Shown: one piece after another, positions 12,791 through 26,880 of the stretch
Position numbering within the stretch: position 1 is the stretch's first letter
Layout: every line of letters begins with the position of its first letter
Notes under the pieces: model-generated
What the model saw: only the letters and a program-made list of their open reading frames with translations
Databases searched by the model: none
Told to the model about the DNA's origin: nothing
Origin: Neoconidiobolus thromboides FSU 785
Lineage: Eukaryota; Fungi; Entomophthoromycota
DNA length: 64,000 nucleotides
Assembly (NCBI GenBank): GCA_025603075.1
Contig: MU626349.1
Span: 1-64,000, forward strand
Reading direction: 5' to 3'
Position numbers and translations under genes: made by a program

Positions 12791-14947
12791 GTAAATTGAT
12801 CTGGAGACATATGTATTATTTTAAAATAATTTTACATTTTTATAACATAAGTAAATATCCTAACTGTGCACTTGGTCTCCAGGCCACCATAAGCATTGTA
12901 GTTTTATAACTTATATAACCACCTTAACTATGCACTCAATCTCCAGGTTGTTATAAGTATTTATGACAGTGTTCATAAATGTAGAAATAATACTTTAATA
13001 TTTAGCCTTGACCGTTAGGATAATCTACTTTATCTTTTTCATATTACATTGCCTTCATTGTGCTATTTTTAGGTTCATAGGCTTACTTTTAATCTACATC
13101 TCATAATGCAACTCCCTCTAAGGGGTGTACTCGCACTTTAGGCTAATACGATAAGCTTAGCTTACAGTATATACTGTATTTATAGATCTATAAGTTACAA
13201 ATATTTGACAGTTAACAAAAAAAGTAATGTTATCATAATTCGATCCTTTATGTTATTAATATATGTTAAAGAATAACAAATCTTGAATGTGCTTATTATA
13301 AAATTATTTATGTAATAATTAAAATGAACTTTTATATTAACTTTCTATTTTATTCAATATAGTACACATTCACACCATACTACCTTTATATGTTATATCA
13401 CATCTACTATAATTTCTTATCTCTCATACTTCTCTATCACCAAACCTATCCATTTTTTATCTAAACACAAAATAGTGTAAAAATAAAAAAAAAACTGATA
13501 TTATCATAAATAAAAACTATTCTAATTAAAATTTTGACCTGCAGAGGAATAAGTTATATTTTTAAATCTTATTTAGTCTGCAGGTTCATAACTATTACAA
13601 AGTTAAATTTATTGGTTCAATTCAAATTTTGGAAACTTTTGATTATTCCAGGGTTTAATTTACTCAATTAAAAACAGAATTTGCTCATTATCTATTGTAC
13701 TTTGCGTTTTTACTAATAAAAAAACAATAGTGGATTTATTATGATATCTTCAAGTTTTTGTTATCGTTAATAGCTTAACTTTTGCTTTATTTCTTAATAA
13801 TTCGAATAATTTTTTGAATATTCTAAAGTCACTATATTATTTGATATGAAAAGATGAACCAAATGTATTAGTACAAATATTTTATTTTGTTTTTAAATAA
13901 AAATTTATATAATTACATTTTTATGCTTTTTTATTCATAAAAAGTATAAAGTAACAAAGTGTATAAAACCTGTTATAATTTTGATAATCTAATATAAAGT
14001 TTTAGTCAAAAGTTATATTATGCTTGTTTTTTAATATATTTACTAGCTGATTCATGACACTCTTTCTCAAATTAGCCCAATACTTACTTTTTTATTCAAG
14101 TTATAATACTTATTTTGAATATGACTAAATCTTAAACTGTCATTTCAAATAAAAATAAAAATAAAAATCAAGCTATTTATATAATGAATTTCAAAGTTTA
14201 TTTTTAATAGGGCAAATAATCAAAAAATTAATAGTTTAAAAAATATTGTCTTCAAGTGTCACCTATAGTTGATAGTTAAACAAGACATTTATAGTATGCG
14301 ATGTATATCTCGTTTACTTATTGAAAACTATCATAAACGATTAGTATCTATGAATAAAACGTATTTTTTTAAAATAAAATATCTAAATTTATAACTTAAA
14401 TAGATTAAATTTATTTAGAGGCTACTAGTACGGCTTATAACGTCGGCTATTATAATAACAACCAAATATCAAAACAAATTATAGGTATAAAAAATTATAA
14501 TCATAAATCTAATATTTCAAATTCATATTTATATTTAATAAATATCCATTATAAAACAATGAGCTGCTAAAGATTATTTTCAATCTATATAAAAGCATCT
14601 TCTTTTGCTTTTATGTTTGTTGGTAGTTTTTCGCAGCTTGATGTTGTATAAAAAGTAAGGAAAATAGAAATGAAGGTATAGTTTTATCTAAGTATACTAT
14701 TTATTAATTTATATCTGTCTTCTCTGTGAGAATATAAATATATTTACTATAGCACAAGTTACTAAAAAGAAAAACTCAAAATTGACAGCTTTAGCTGCAA
14801 AAATTGCAACTCAACCCACTTTCTTTCAAAAGTCCAATTGATCCATTCAAGTATTGCAATTTAAATTTCGAGAATTTCAACATTTTGGGGTCTTGAAGTT
14901 TTGAATAGAAAAATTTATTTCAAAAAATAAACTAAAAGCTAGACAAA

Positions 14948-17900
14948 ATGGAAGAAACATTAATTAGAATAAGAAGTCAAATCAACTCCAAGCTCAATAA
15001 TCAAAAACAGGTAAGTGATTGTATTTTAAAAGGGTATTCAATTAAGAACTAATAATAATTTGATTAGATTGCTGTTACTCTACAAGTAGTTGAAGAAGTT
15101 AGTTTTATGTATTCTTTAATGAAATTTGAAACTTATATTTTTTGATAGACTCTTGAGGCTAGTAAACAAGAAAAGATACCTTCTGCTTATTTAGCATTAT
15201 TGGTAAGTACATTTTATTTCAAAAATATTTTAATATCAATAATAACTTTTATAGCTTACTTTACTTGAACAAGACGATGGAAAAAATAGACCATCTATTC
15301 TTTATCTTCTAAATGTAGTTATTTCAGAGTAATTATATCTATTTATAAATAGAATAAGATAGTAACAGTTATAGAGTACCAGAAAACGTATTAAGAGCCA
15401 AATTTCCAGAAGTATCTAAGATTTTATTGCTAGTTATAGATGAAGATAGAGAGGTAGCCCCAACAATGAAATCAGTAATTTATTTATTTTTTCAAGTTTC
15501 TAGTTTAACTAATATATTTTTATTTAGGTTTTAGGCTGCTTTGAAATTGTATTTAAAGTACAAACTCAAACAAATTGGTCTCAACCTTTAGTTCAACGTA
15601 GTTTTCAAGCATTATTAAGCTTTTGTATTGATCAAAGACCAAAAGTTAGAAGAAAAGCACATGAAGTAGTTGCTTTAATACTCAAAGATGCTCCTACAAT
15701 TGCATCTACTATTACTTCTGAATATTGTATCGAAACATTGAGAAAATTTAGAAAAGTTTCCAATAATTCAGTTTCTAATGAAGTGGCTCCGTTTTTAATG
15801 TTTATTAAAAGTATTGCAGATAAATGGTCTTCAGAGGTAAACTTATTTTATCAGTAATTTTATTTGAATTTTATTCATTTTTATAGAATCTCATTAAACT
15901 TAATGAACAACTTATTGCTTTCCCTAAATTAAATAACGCTTTTGTTACTACTCTAGTATATGAGATTTTTACTGAGATTATTATTCATATTGATGTAACT
16001 AACCTTGATGCTATTATGAAGGTAATATCAAATTCAACTGTTTGTTTTTCTTTTAATTGACTTCTTTTATAGAAACTTTTATTAAGTAAACCAAATTCCA
16101 ATGAAATCAAAAGTATGATAGCTTGGTTAATTTCAATTAGTACTGGATTTTCAGAAATTATTAAGTAACATTAATAGCTATATATTTCCTTTATAATTGA
16201 ATATTGATACTTTAAAACTTTGTTAGAAATAATCCAGATCAGTTTTTTGTTATTATTCCAACCATTTCTCAAACTTTATTTAAAGAATTTGAAGAGACAA
16301 GTATCCAAGTTGTAACTCAAACTGGAAAATCAATTTCAAATTTAATCAAATCTTATCCGTTTAATGAGAATGAATTTTTATCTTCTGAGAAACTTGATAT
16401 TGTACAAAATTTATTTGAATTTGTACAAGGTGCTCTTTCTTATAGATTTAGAAATTCATGGGGTAGTATCTTAACTATTTTAGAATCTTTGTACTCTGTA
16501 AGTTACTAATATCAGGAATTTGAAGTTAATAATAAACCCTTATCTTTTTTAGGTTTTCGGTAGAAATCATCCAGAATTATTAACTTCTAGTTTAAGAATA
16601 TTAGACTCTATGAGAAATGAAGATAATTTTGAATTTAAAATAGAGTTACAGAATACAATTGGGGCTGCTATTTACAAAATGGGACCGAAAAGATTTTTAT
16701 CTATTTTACCATTGAATTTAGAAAATCCAGGGTAATTGGTTTTTATACATATTATAGAGTAAACAATAATAATAATAAATTTAGTCAAAAAACAGTAGGA
16801 AGAGGATGGTTAGTACCATTATTGAAAGAACATATAGCTAATGCTGATTTCACTTTCTTTACTAATGAATTTTTAAATTTGGCTGATCGACTTGAGAATA
16901 AAGCTAATGAATTCGAACAAAATGGAAGATCCATTGAAGCTAAAGTATATCAAACTTTAAGTCATCAAATCTGGTCTTTATTCCCAAGTTTTGCTATTTA
17001 TCCTCAAGATCTACAAGCTGTAAATTTAATACTATTTGTATAATTGATATTTTTAACCTTTTAACCTTTTAGGGATTTAGTTCAGGATTCGCTACTAAAG
17101 TAGCTGATAAAATTCAAAATTGCGCTGAATTACAACCTGCTCTTTTGAATGGACTTGCATTGATAATTGAATACAATCGTAGATTAATACCCGAAAATGA
17201 AGTTCTAGACGTTGAAGAAATTAACAAATTATTAAATGAAAACCAATTAGACGCAGCTACTTGTCAACAAAATTTAATTCATATTGCTCAATTTGCTACG
17301 GATTATTTGATGTTGTTCTTTAATCTTTATCCAAATGTACCTCAAAATATTCGTGGTTTATTACTCAAAGTGATTCTTACTTTCTTAAACATTACTCCAA
17401 ATGAGGTAAATTTATTGTTATACTATATGATATTCAAATATTAATAGTTAATTTAGCAAATCAATGCTACTTTTGTCAAAATTGTATCAATGATTAATGA
17501 TGAAAGTAATTCCAATCCTAACAAAACGGAACAAGAAGCACAAAATGAAATTATGATGCTTGATTTTGCTTCAATAATGACACCTTATTTAACTTATGAT
17601 AATTCCAAAGTATTGTTTAATTTAGGTGTACAAAGGATATCTAACGCAAGTAAAGGTGGAATTCAGAAGAGAGCCTACAAAATATTAAATAAGATGCTAT
17701 TTGAACCAACCACTTCTTATCCATATACTGTAGCTTGTGAAGGATTAGCTGATATTGAAAATGAAATTATTGAATCAGGATTGAATATTGGTAGTGCTGC
17801 TATTAAAGTAAATTTAATAATATCTGTTATTTATATTAAACTAATAAGTGTTTATAGGAAAGATTAAACTTTTTAAAGATTTATATTGATATCTTGCCGA

Positions 17901-19641
17901 ACACTCATCTTCATATTATTTCTTCATTAACTTCTGAAGCTATCCTTGGAACCAAAGAAATTAATGAGAAATCACGTGAAGCTTCATACGATCTATTGAT
18001 TATTATGGCAAATAAAATGATTAAAGGTGGTATCATTGATGCTACTAAATTAAATGGCGGTAGAACTGGTAATAATAATAACCAACAATTTAAGTAAACA
18101 ATATACTTATACTATTTTAGGTATAGTAGAAGCTAACTTAAGAGAATACATTATGATGGTAATTGCTGGTCTTACTGGTACTACATCTCATATGATATCC
18201 GCTACTATCTCTGCTCTTTCTAGAATTATTTTTGAGTTCCATAGTAAGCTTAATAAACAGAATTATTTAATAATTACTAATCATTTAATTCATAAAGATC
18301 AAATTGAAGATGAACTAATTTATCAACTTATTCAAACCATGGAAATGTTTGTAAGCAACACGAATCGAGAGATTGTAAAATCCGCTCTTGGATTTGTTAA
18401 AGTTATTTCAGTTTCCTTAGATGTAGTATCATTGAAGCCTCATCTTGAAATGCTCATCAAAAGTATTTTAAAATGGAGTAATGATAATAGTAATCGATTT
18501 AAAGTCAAAGTACGTCATATTATTGAACGTTTAATTCGTCGATTTGGACTTGAATTAGTTCAACAAAGCTTCCCTGATGAACATATGAAATTGATTAATA
18601 ATATTCGTAAACGTAAACTTAGAGCTAAACGTAGAGGCAAAACTACTACTGAAGAAGTAAAATTTTATTTATATAATTATATTAATTATGATTCTAAATA
18701 TTCGTTAGGATGTTGAAGATCAACCAATCAATAAACCTACTCTTGGGAATGCTTTTGAAGATGCTTTGTATGGTAGTGAAAGTGAATTGGAAGATGATGA
18801 TGAGGATAAGGCCCCTGCTGCTTCAAGTGGACTTAAAGTAATTTATAACAACAATTTATAGCAATCGTAAATTTATGATTATTTTTAGCGTAAGATGAAA
18901 TCATCCGATGCTTATATTAAAGATGATAATCTTGGAGATACTCCTATCGATTTCTTAGATCGTAAAGCTATTTCAAGGATCACAAGTAATAAATTAACTA
19001 ATATATCAAATATATTATTACTAATTTAACTTAATAGCCAACAAACCAACAAATAGACCATTAGAAGCAAGAAAAGCTTTAACCAGTGCATTTAAAACCG
19101 ATAAATCAGGAAGACTTGTTATTGCTGACGAAGGAGATAGTGAGAATGAAGGAGAAAATAAAGCTGATCCCAAAGATAATCCAAACAGTATAAGAGTAAA
19201 TAATGATTATTATAAAGAATCATTAGAATCCAAAGAAGGATTTGAGCGTGTAAATAACCGTATTAAATTTAAAAAACAACGTGGTAGAGGACAAGAAGAA
19301 ATAGAAATAGAAGAAGGCGGTGCACAAGATAATAGAAAGAAAAATTATGACAATAATAATAGCAATAGAAATAAAAAGATGGCAGGTACAGAATATAAAG
19401 CTAAGGTAAGACTTTAATAATTTATTTTATATGAATAATTGATATAATTTTTTATTAGCATGCTCAAGGTGATGTTAAAAAGAAAGGGAAGTTGGATCCT
19501 TTCGCTTATATTCCATTAAACCCCAAAATGGTACCTAGCAAGTAAGTTTTTTGTTACAATTTATTGGATTATTATTAACATTTTTTTCTTTCTTAAAGAG
19601 GTAAAAAGGCAGAAAAGGTCAAAATCTTAAAGAGAGATTAA
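14948..19641 (+). CDS. RRP12: Ribosomal RNA-processing protein 12 (HEAT/NUC173), many short introns
   Basis: MEETLIRIRSQINSKL..., DQRPKVRRKAHE, GRGWLVPLLKEHI, VKVRHIIERLIRRFG, YGSESELED, GDVKKKGKLDPFAYIPLNPK. Confidence 0.92.
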
Positions 19642-19894
19642 TTGAATATTTTAATTTAAAGCTAACTATTTCATTATCCTTATTGAGTTGGGATCTATTT
19701 GGTTTTCTAGTATCTCAAAGTCAACGATGAGTCTCACTCTCTTTTCTTAAAACTTATAGACTTATATTTTATTCAATAAAATAAAATATTATTGTTAGTT
19801 GGCTTTTTAAAACAAAAATTATTATAATTACTATTCTCAAAACTCAAATAAGCAAAGCACAATTTTATTTAAATTAAAAAACCCACTATATCAT

Positions 19895-21626
19895 TTACCC
19901 TTTTTTCATCCCCCGTTTTTTCATATAGGACTCCAACCTTTGAAATTCTTTATCGAGTTTCCCCTCTTTATCATCAACCTTACCGCCCTTCCCTTTTTTA
20001 CCTTTACGATCTTTGCTTTTAACCCCAAAAGTATAAGCAGCTTTTGGCATAAACACTTGCTTTTCTTTATATTTTTGAAACTCTTCTTCATTTTCAAATT
20101 CATTTCGGCCCATTTGTCGTTTTTTATTTTTATTTGTACCTTGATCCATCATCAGTTCATCTTCTTCTTCATTGATATCTGAACCACTATCATCCCCACC
20201 ATAATTGATTTCAAGTTCTGTACTATGCTTAGAGGCTAATAAGGGACCTAATCGTTTGTTTTTACTTGATTCAAATAATCTTCTTAATTCAATATGCTCT
20301 TCTTCTTTTTCAGAATCTGAATTTGATAAATCATTTATAATATCATTATCTTCTTTTTCGATTTTATTTTTTTGAGTTTCAAGCAATTCTTTATCATTTT
20401 CACTGGACACTTTATCCACTTCATTTTCCCCATCTGATGGTATACCTTCCAGATTAACTCCTCTATTTTTCGCGACTTCATCCAAATCCAATGAATATTC
20501 ACTTTCAACATCACTAAATATATTATCATCACTATCTGCTTTCACTAAAAATCCAGTATTTTCTTTTTTTTCTTCCTTTTTCCCTTTAACTTGTTCAACC
20601 ACTTTCTCCGGTTTCTTTTCTGTCCCTAATCTTTTCTTTTGAAATATAGAAACCACTTTTTGTACTGTCAACTTTGATAACTTACTCTCCGCTTCCATTT
20701 CATTAAATCTCTCTATCTCAATAGCACTTCTAATAACCATTGTAGGTACAAAAAAAGGGTTTGTATACTCTGATTTATCCCCCATCAACTCAAAATTATA
20801 TGCCATTTTACCAGGTAAAAACAGTAAATTTTTATTATTAGATATATCTTCTCTTTTCTTTAATCCCTCTTTAACAATTCTCTCCCCCAACCCAGTTAAA
20901 AACGTAGCAGGCTCAGATTCTATAATATTATCCCTAATTTCCCCACCTTCCTGTTTCTTTTGGTATATTTCTTCCAACTCATCATCCGAGTTCAACCCTT
21001 CTTCTTCTTCCTCACTCCCTTCTCTATTCTGATTCGCCCTCACCTTAGCCAATAAAGCATAATCTAATCCTTTTACTAAATGAGTATGCTCAACGTCACC
21101 ACCAAGATACTTTGATTGTTGATAAGCGAGTTCTTTATCTATTTCAGTAGAGGTATAATTTAAATTAGTTAAGATTTGTTCGCTATTAACATAGTCCGGG
21201 TTCTCGCCCCGTCTTCTTTCGGCTGCTCGGTCTCGATATTGACTTGTTTCGCTATAGATTTGATATTTAAAATCATAGATAAAATTCAAAATGAGATTAG
21301 TAAGTTACCTTTCTTTTTTACTCTTTTTTTGTGGATGAACCAAGTTGGAGTTTTCATGTCTATTGTAACTATCAAATTATTAATATATGTTTTTATGCAT
21401 GTTTAATATTCTTTTTTTACTTTTTTCTCTCATTTGTTTTCTTTTCTTTATAATTTGGTAGATAAGGATTTGGTGTTTTTCCATCTCCATACTTAGAACC
21501 TCGACTATTTCTATCTAACTTTCCAACACCTAACGTTCTTGCTCCATCCTTTTTACTTTCGGTGTTTATTAAATTTCGAAAATCATCTTGAGTTAATCCT
21601 TTTTTAGAGTCATCTTTGTTTTCCAT
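19895..21626 (-). CDS. RED/IK-like spliceosomal protein (3 exons)
   Basis: LTQDDFRNL, YRDRAAERR.GENPDY, SKYLGGDVEHTHLVKGLDYALLAKVR, EFQKYKEKQVFMPKAAYTFGVK. Confidence 0.9.
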
Positions 21627-22193
21627 GTTGGTGTAAAAGTTACAGTTGCTACATTAGAGTGGATTTTGATAAAGATAGCCTAAGCAGGGGTTGTTTGGGC
21701 TTATGATTGGCTAAGATTAAGCTTAAGATTCTGGTCTGTAACAAAATAATTTTTAAAATAAGCCATGAAATTAAAATGGTTTGAAAATGCTTATTATATT
21801 ATTTTTAGTGAATTTATACTTGTTTAATAATAACCACAACCTTATTTATTATAGTTTTATATTGTACACAAATATTGGTTTAGTTATTCATATTTTAAAG
21901 TCTATGACTAAATCTGCCAATGTTCATGTATATTAAATTAACAATTAATATAAATATATACTTATAAAATAAAATAGAAAATAAAATTTATTTTATTTGA
22001 AAAATCAATTCAGCCTTACAAACCTTTATAAGATTAAAACTCATTAGATAAAATATACACCATTGAATTTGGGATTAAATTGAATTTTTAGTTAAAGTAC
22101 AATTATACATAGTATATAATTATATGGAAAAATACTGACTTAAAGTTAAACCCTGTTTAAAATAAATAAACAATAAACTTAAAATTTACCCAC

Positions 22194-23401
22194 TTAAAAA
22201 TCTTTAAAAAGATCATTATAAGGGTCCGGGTCATGCCAATTTCCATATATCTCATTTGTTTCCGGATAAATATCGTAGTTACTCATATCTCCATCCCCAT
22301 TGACCATAGGTATAATTGGTGGTAATACTTGTCTTTTTTGTAACCTTTGCCAATCCGTATCATGGAACCAGCGATGTCTCTTGATGTCTGCTGATCCCCC
22401 CTTTAAATTACCATAGCGTCTACTTAAATCCGCTACCAACAATCGTTTAACCAAATCTTTGGCCAATGGATCAAAAAAGGGTGGAAACTTCACTACCCCT
22501 GCCAATATTTTTTCATACAGTCTCATCTGATCGTCATCATAAAATGGTGGACATCCGAGCATCATTTCATAAATTAAAATACCTAAAGAATACCAATCTA
22601 CGGCTTTTCCATACCCTTTACTTTGAATCACTTCAGGTGCTAAATAATCAGGTGTACCACACAATGTCCATGTAACATCTGGTACATGTTTAGCAAATCC
22701 AAAATCTGTCAACTTAATATGTCCCCTAGAATCCAGCAACACATTTTCTGGTTTTAAATCACGATAAATAATATCTTTAGAATGCAAATATTCAAATGCT
22801 AGCACCACTTCAGCCGCATAAAATCTAGCCACATGGGCTGGAAATCTCTATTAAAAAAAGTTATTTAGATGCTTTTCATATTACATAAGAATATACTCAC
22901 CTGAAACTTTCTGAGATAAGAAAATAATTCTCCGCCCGCAATAAACTCCATAAACACATATAAGTTAACCGAGTCTGCAATCGAACCTAACATACCAACT
23001 AAAAATGGATGCTCACAATTCTTTAATACTTCTTTTTCATTGTGTACATGCTCCACTTGTTTTAAACGTACAATTTCTGACTTCTTCAATACTTTCATCG
23101 CATAAAAATTGGTATCTACCTTTCTCTTTACCAAATGAACTCGACCAAATGAGCCCGTGCCCAAAGTTCTTAATATTTCAAAATCACCTAACTTGATCTC
23201 TTCTTTTTTTGATTCATTCTCTTCTTCATAAATCGTAGTATCTACTTTATGACCAGATTGCTGGCTCAAGTTTACGGACTCTGGGTAATCGTTTAGGATA
23301 AAAGGTAGTGTATTAGAAGCAGCACGCGAAGGGCTTAACTTTAAATCGTTATTGCCTATTGATTTGGACCCCTTTTCAGTATTGGAAAACATCGAAGTCA
23401 T
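22194..23401 (-). CDS. PKA-C: cAMP-dependent protein kinase catalytic subunit (2 exons)
   Basis: [55 protein letters not shown]; one GT-AG intron at about 22848-22900. Confidence 0.96.
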
Positions 23402-24490
23402 AAATAGAATTGTAAATTAATACTAATATTGCTAGCGAGAAGATGGTATATAGAATAGATAAAATATTATAAAATAGTGGAAGTTTAATAAGCTAATTTC
23501 TGTTTAAAAAGAAACGACAAGTTTAAATGAACGTTAAAATTTTGTAGTTAATCGATTTCCCCAATCAATTGCTGGTGCGTCTGTAAAAAGTAAAAGTTAA
23601 ACCCTTTTTTAGTTGCTGAAAAGATGCTACGTAATTGGAATAACTAAACTTTTAAGACTGTCCACCCCCCCTTTTTTAATCATTTTATTTTTTATTCGCT
23701 TAAAATTTGAAATAATAAAACTTGATTGGTTCTTTCAATAAATTTGAATCCTTTTTTTGAAATTTTACTCATTTTGAACTGACGATTGGCTCATTCATTA
23801 AGTTGAATTTCATTTTAATTCGAATTGGTTTTAAAATTATGCTTTTGGATAACTTAAATTGCAGTTTAGTTTGTTAGTAGTGAGTACAATTTTTCGTTGC
23901 TGAACAATCTTTGCAATTTCTTTATAATTTTGGGAAGTTTTCAGGCTGAAAGTTGACTTTATTCAACTTTTATGAGTAAAATGGAAATATTGATTTTTAA
24001 AGATCATAGTGGTAAATTTTAATATTTTATCAAACAAAATATGATCATATCTTGGATAAGGTATTATGTTGTATGCCAAGTTATTCAATCATAAAAACAG
24101 ATTATCTGCTTTTAGAATTAAATTATAATATTGTTCTTAAGAATTATTATTTTATTAAAAATCAATAAAAAAATGCTTATCATTTTACTATTTTAAAATT
24201 TTAATTAGTGATTTTACTTAATAAAGTAGAATCAAATTGTTTGTTTTACAATTTAAAAAATTACGGTGTTGAGTTCTTGTAACAGATGTATTGAAATTAA
24301 GGTCTTAATAAAATACAAAATAAAAACTAATTGATTTATAAATCAAATCAAAATAAATCAAAACTGAGTTATTAAATAGGATTCAAAGAACAATTACATA
24401 CTTAAATACTTTTATTATAGCAGGTTATCTTTTTTAACTATTTAGTTTTAGTTTCTGCTTTTTCACTTAATTAATTCTTATTATACTCAC

Positions 24491-26026
24491 TTAAGCTTTA
24501 TTCTTATTGTTCTTAAAGAATGTTTCAAACATATCTGGTAACTTTTTTTCATACCAAATCCTAGGTAAAGTAATGAGCTTACCATTCTTATTAACAGATA
24601 TAAGAGTATTAACCCGATACGACGTCTCGTTTGTATCATCTTTTACGGCTATTTCAATTCAATTAATACTATATATACTAACAACCAACAACTTACTAAT
24701 TAAATGAACTTTTTTTTCAATTATTTCTCCGACTGGTCCCCAAATATCGTAGAACCTACACGAACCACAATGAGTATAATTTTCATTCCAATGATACTTC
24801 TGTAGCTTAGTTTTAGTACATTTCTTATGGCATACCAGAGTACACGATCTGCACATGACCAAAGTGGTCTGGTATTTTTGTTGACATAAAAAGCATATAC
24901 TAAAACTCTAATGAGAAGTAGTGAGTTTATTAATATAGCAATAAATTGGTTTTACTTTAAATATCTTTTCTCTGTCTTCATCTAACATAGGTTGAAATGT
25001 ATAAGAAGTATAATCATTTTTTTCATATTTTTTGATACTCTCTTCTATCTCTTTTGGATTTATTCTCTTTTTAACATACTCTTCAGATCTATCTATAATT
25101 GGGTCCGATAACATAACTTCGACTTCCTCCTCTACTTCCTCTTCCCTTCCGCTTTTTGTTTTATCTCTATTATTATAACATATGAAATGCTCAAATGCGT
25201 TACATATTTTATGGCTATCACCTATTTGCCTTATATTTATCTATGTCGTTTTATTATTATTTGATTATTACACTATACAATTTCGATTTACCATCCTTTC
25301 ATTTTTCTTTTCATCAATAACTTTATAAAAAATTTTGCCATTCTTTCTTATTTTTCCTTTGTAAGCAATAATTTTATCATTAAAACCTCTATAAATTGAT
25401 CATAAGTAATGATAATAATAGCTTTTATTTTACCTTGAATGCTTTGATGAATAAATTACAACTTTTGGTTGATAGATACATATTCTTTCTTTTTTAATTT
25501 CATATAGCATAGTTGAATCCTCATTATTAGCTGCTACTAAATCCGCCTCTATACCTTCATCAATATCCAAGTCATTTTTATTTGTATTATTGTTGCCTTC
25601 AGTATCGACATAGTCCCCCTCTTTATTTTTATCTGCGCCTTTATCTTTAGTAATTTGGACTTTATCGCTATCAATTTTCTCCTCTTTTTCTTTATCCAAC
25701 TCAAAATAAATACTGTGCACATTTTGGGTCAATGTTTTCAAATGACTTTTTTGAACAAAAGGAGGCATCGCCAAATGAAACTCAAACTCCTTTAAAATTT
25801 TTTTTTGCTTTTCGCCGCTACTGTGTTCACACTGCTGAATCATCCTAGTACATTCGGCTTTATGTTTTTTACTCAAATTCTCTTGTAGTTTCTTGAACAA
25901 ATTTACTGCCTTTAGCTTTTCATTTCCTTCGAGAAATTCATCTTTGTAATATTTGTTGGCTTCATCTTCCTTTTGTTCTACTTTAACTGATGCTTCTTCT
26001 CTTTCTTTTTCAATGTTGACTTCCAT
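24491..26026 (-). CDS. 5-exon putative chromatin reader: acidic N-terminus, chromo-like segment, PHD finger, chromoshadow-like C-terminus
   Basis: Four GT-AG introns join three ORF-track fragments in frame. The C4HC3 PHD is CFLC...CRSCTLVCHKKC...W...CGSC. Flanking segments are KIIAYKGKIRKNGKIFYKV and LITLPRIWYEKKLPDMFETFF. Confidence 0.7.
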
Positions 26027-26179
26027 TTTTGATATAAAAATTGCTATTCATAAAAATAAAAGCATCAACTTTATTTTCTCTAGCTGAACTAATAAAAAGT
26101 GAATAAGAAAATCAAATAAATAATCAAAATGTTTTTTTCGCCCATGAACTTCAACTAAAATCTATGATAAAATAATCCT

Positions 26180-26880
26180 TAGAGATTTTTAGCATATCAT
26201 GTGGTTAATATGATCAATAATATTCAGCGCTATTCATATGATTTGCAGTTGTCTGACTTCATCTAAACCACAGGGCCATTTCTTCCAGTGCCTAGTATGC
26301 TTACTTCCCCTTGAGTAGAGGATCAAATCTGAATTTTCAAAAACTACAGTGCTTAACACTAGCACTCTAAATAAGGTCTACTTTGATTTGAACTTTGTTG
26401 TAATTTTTTTAAAGTATTGGATACTTAAAGTCATTTTTTGATATGAAAATCACCTTTGTAAAAGATATTACTTTACTCTGCAGAATCATTGGAGCTTATG
26501 AAACAGAGTGACAGAAAGTCAGCAAAGTTAATTTAAATTGGTTGAATTATATTATCTTTATGTTTCAATTGTCCTGAAGGACCCCAGCTTTATCTAAGTA
26601 AACTTTTGTTTTTAGTAATCAAGTTAGGTGCCACTAGTACTTAGCAAAAAAAAGTTTAATAGATCAAAGTTTATCTCTTTAGATCTGGAAAAAGATTCAC
26701 TGAATTTGCTAAGGCCCCTTAATGGCTTTAATATATATTTCAAGACTACTCATGGAAAAATAATTTTGATTCATTGCAATTTTAATGGCATGACACTATA
26801 CGATATCCCAGCTATCATAACTAATGCTGTTTCTGCTCCACTTTTAAATTATGGATTTCCAGAGATATCTTAAATATTAA
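26180..26880 (-). pseudogene. Possible decayed kinase-domain gene (Crinkler-like REase+kinase type)
   Basis: Broken minus-strand frames contain GNP*F, L*VSNTL...PYLEC and ILGTGRNGPVV (Gly-rich loop-like); many stops. Confidence 0.25.

Noticed and set aside
14753-14841. Protein-like frame AQVTKKKNSKLTALAAKIATQPTFFQKSN after a TAG acceptor
   Set aside because: No in-phase upstream exon with a start codon was found.
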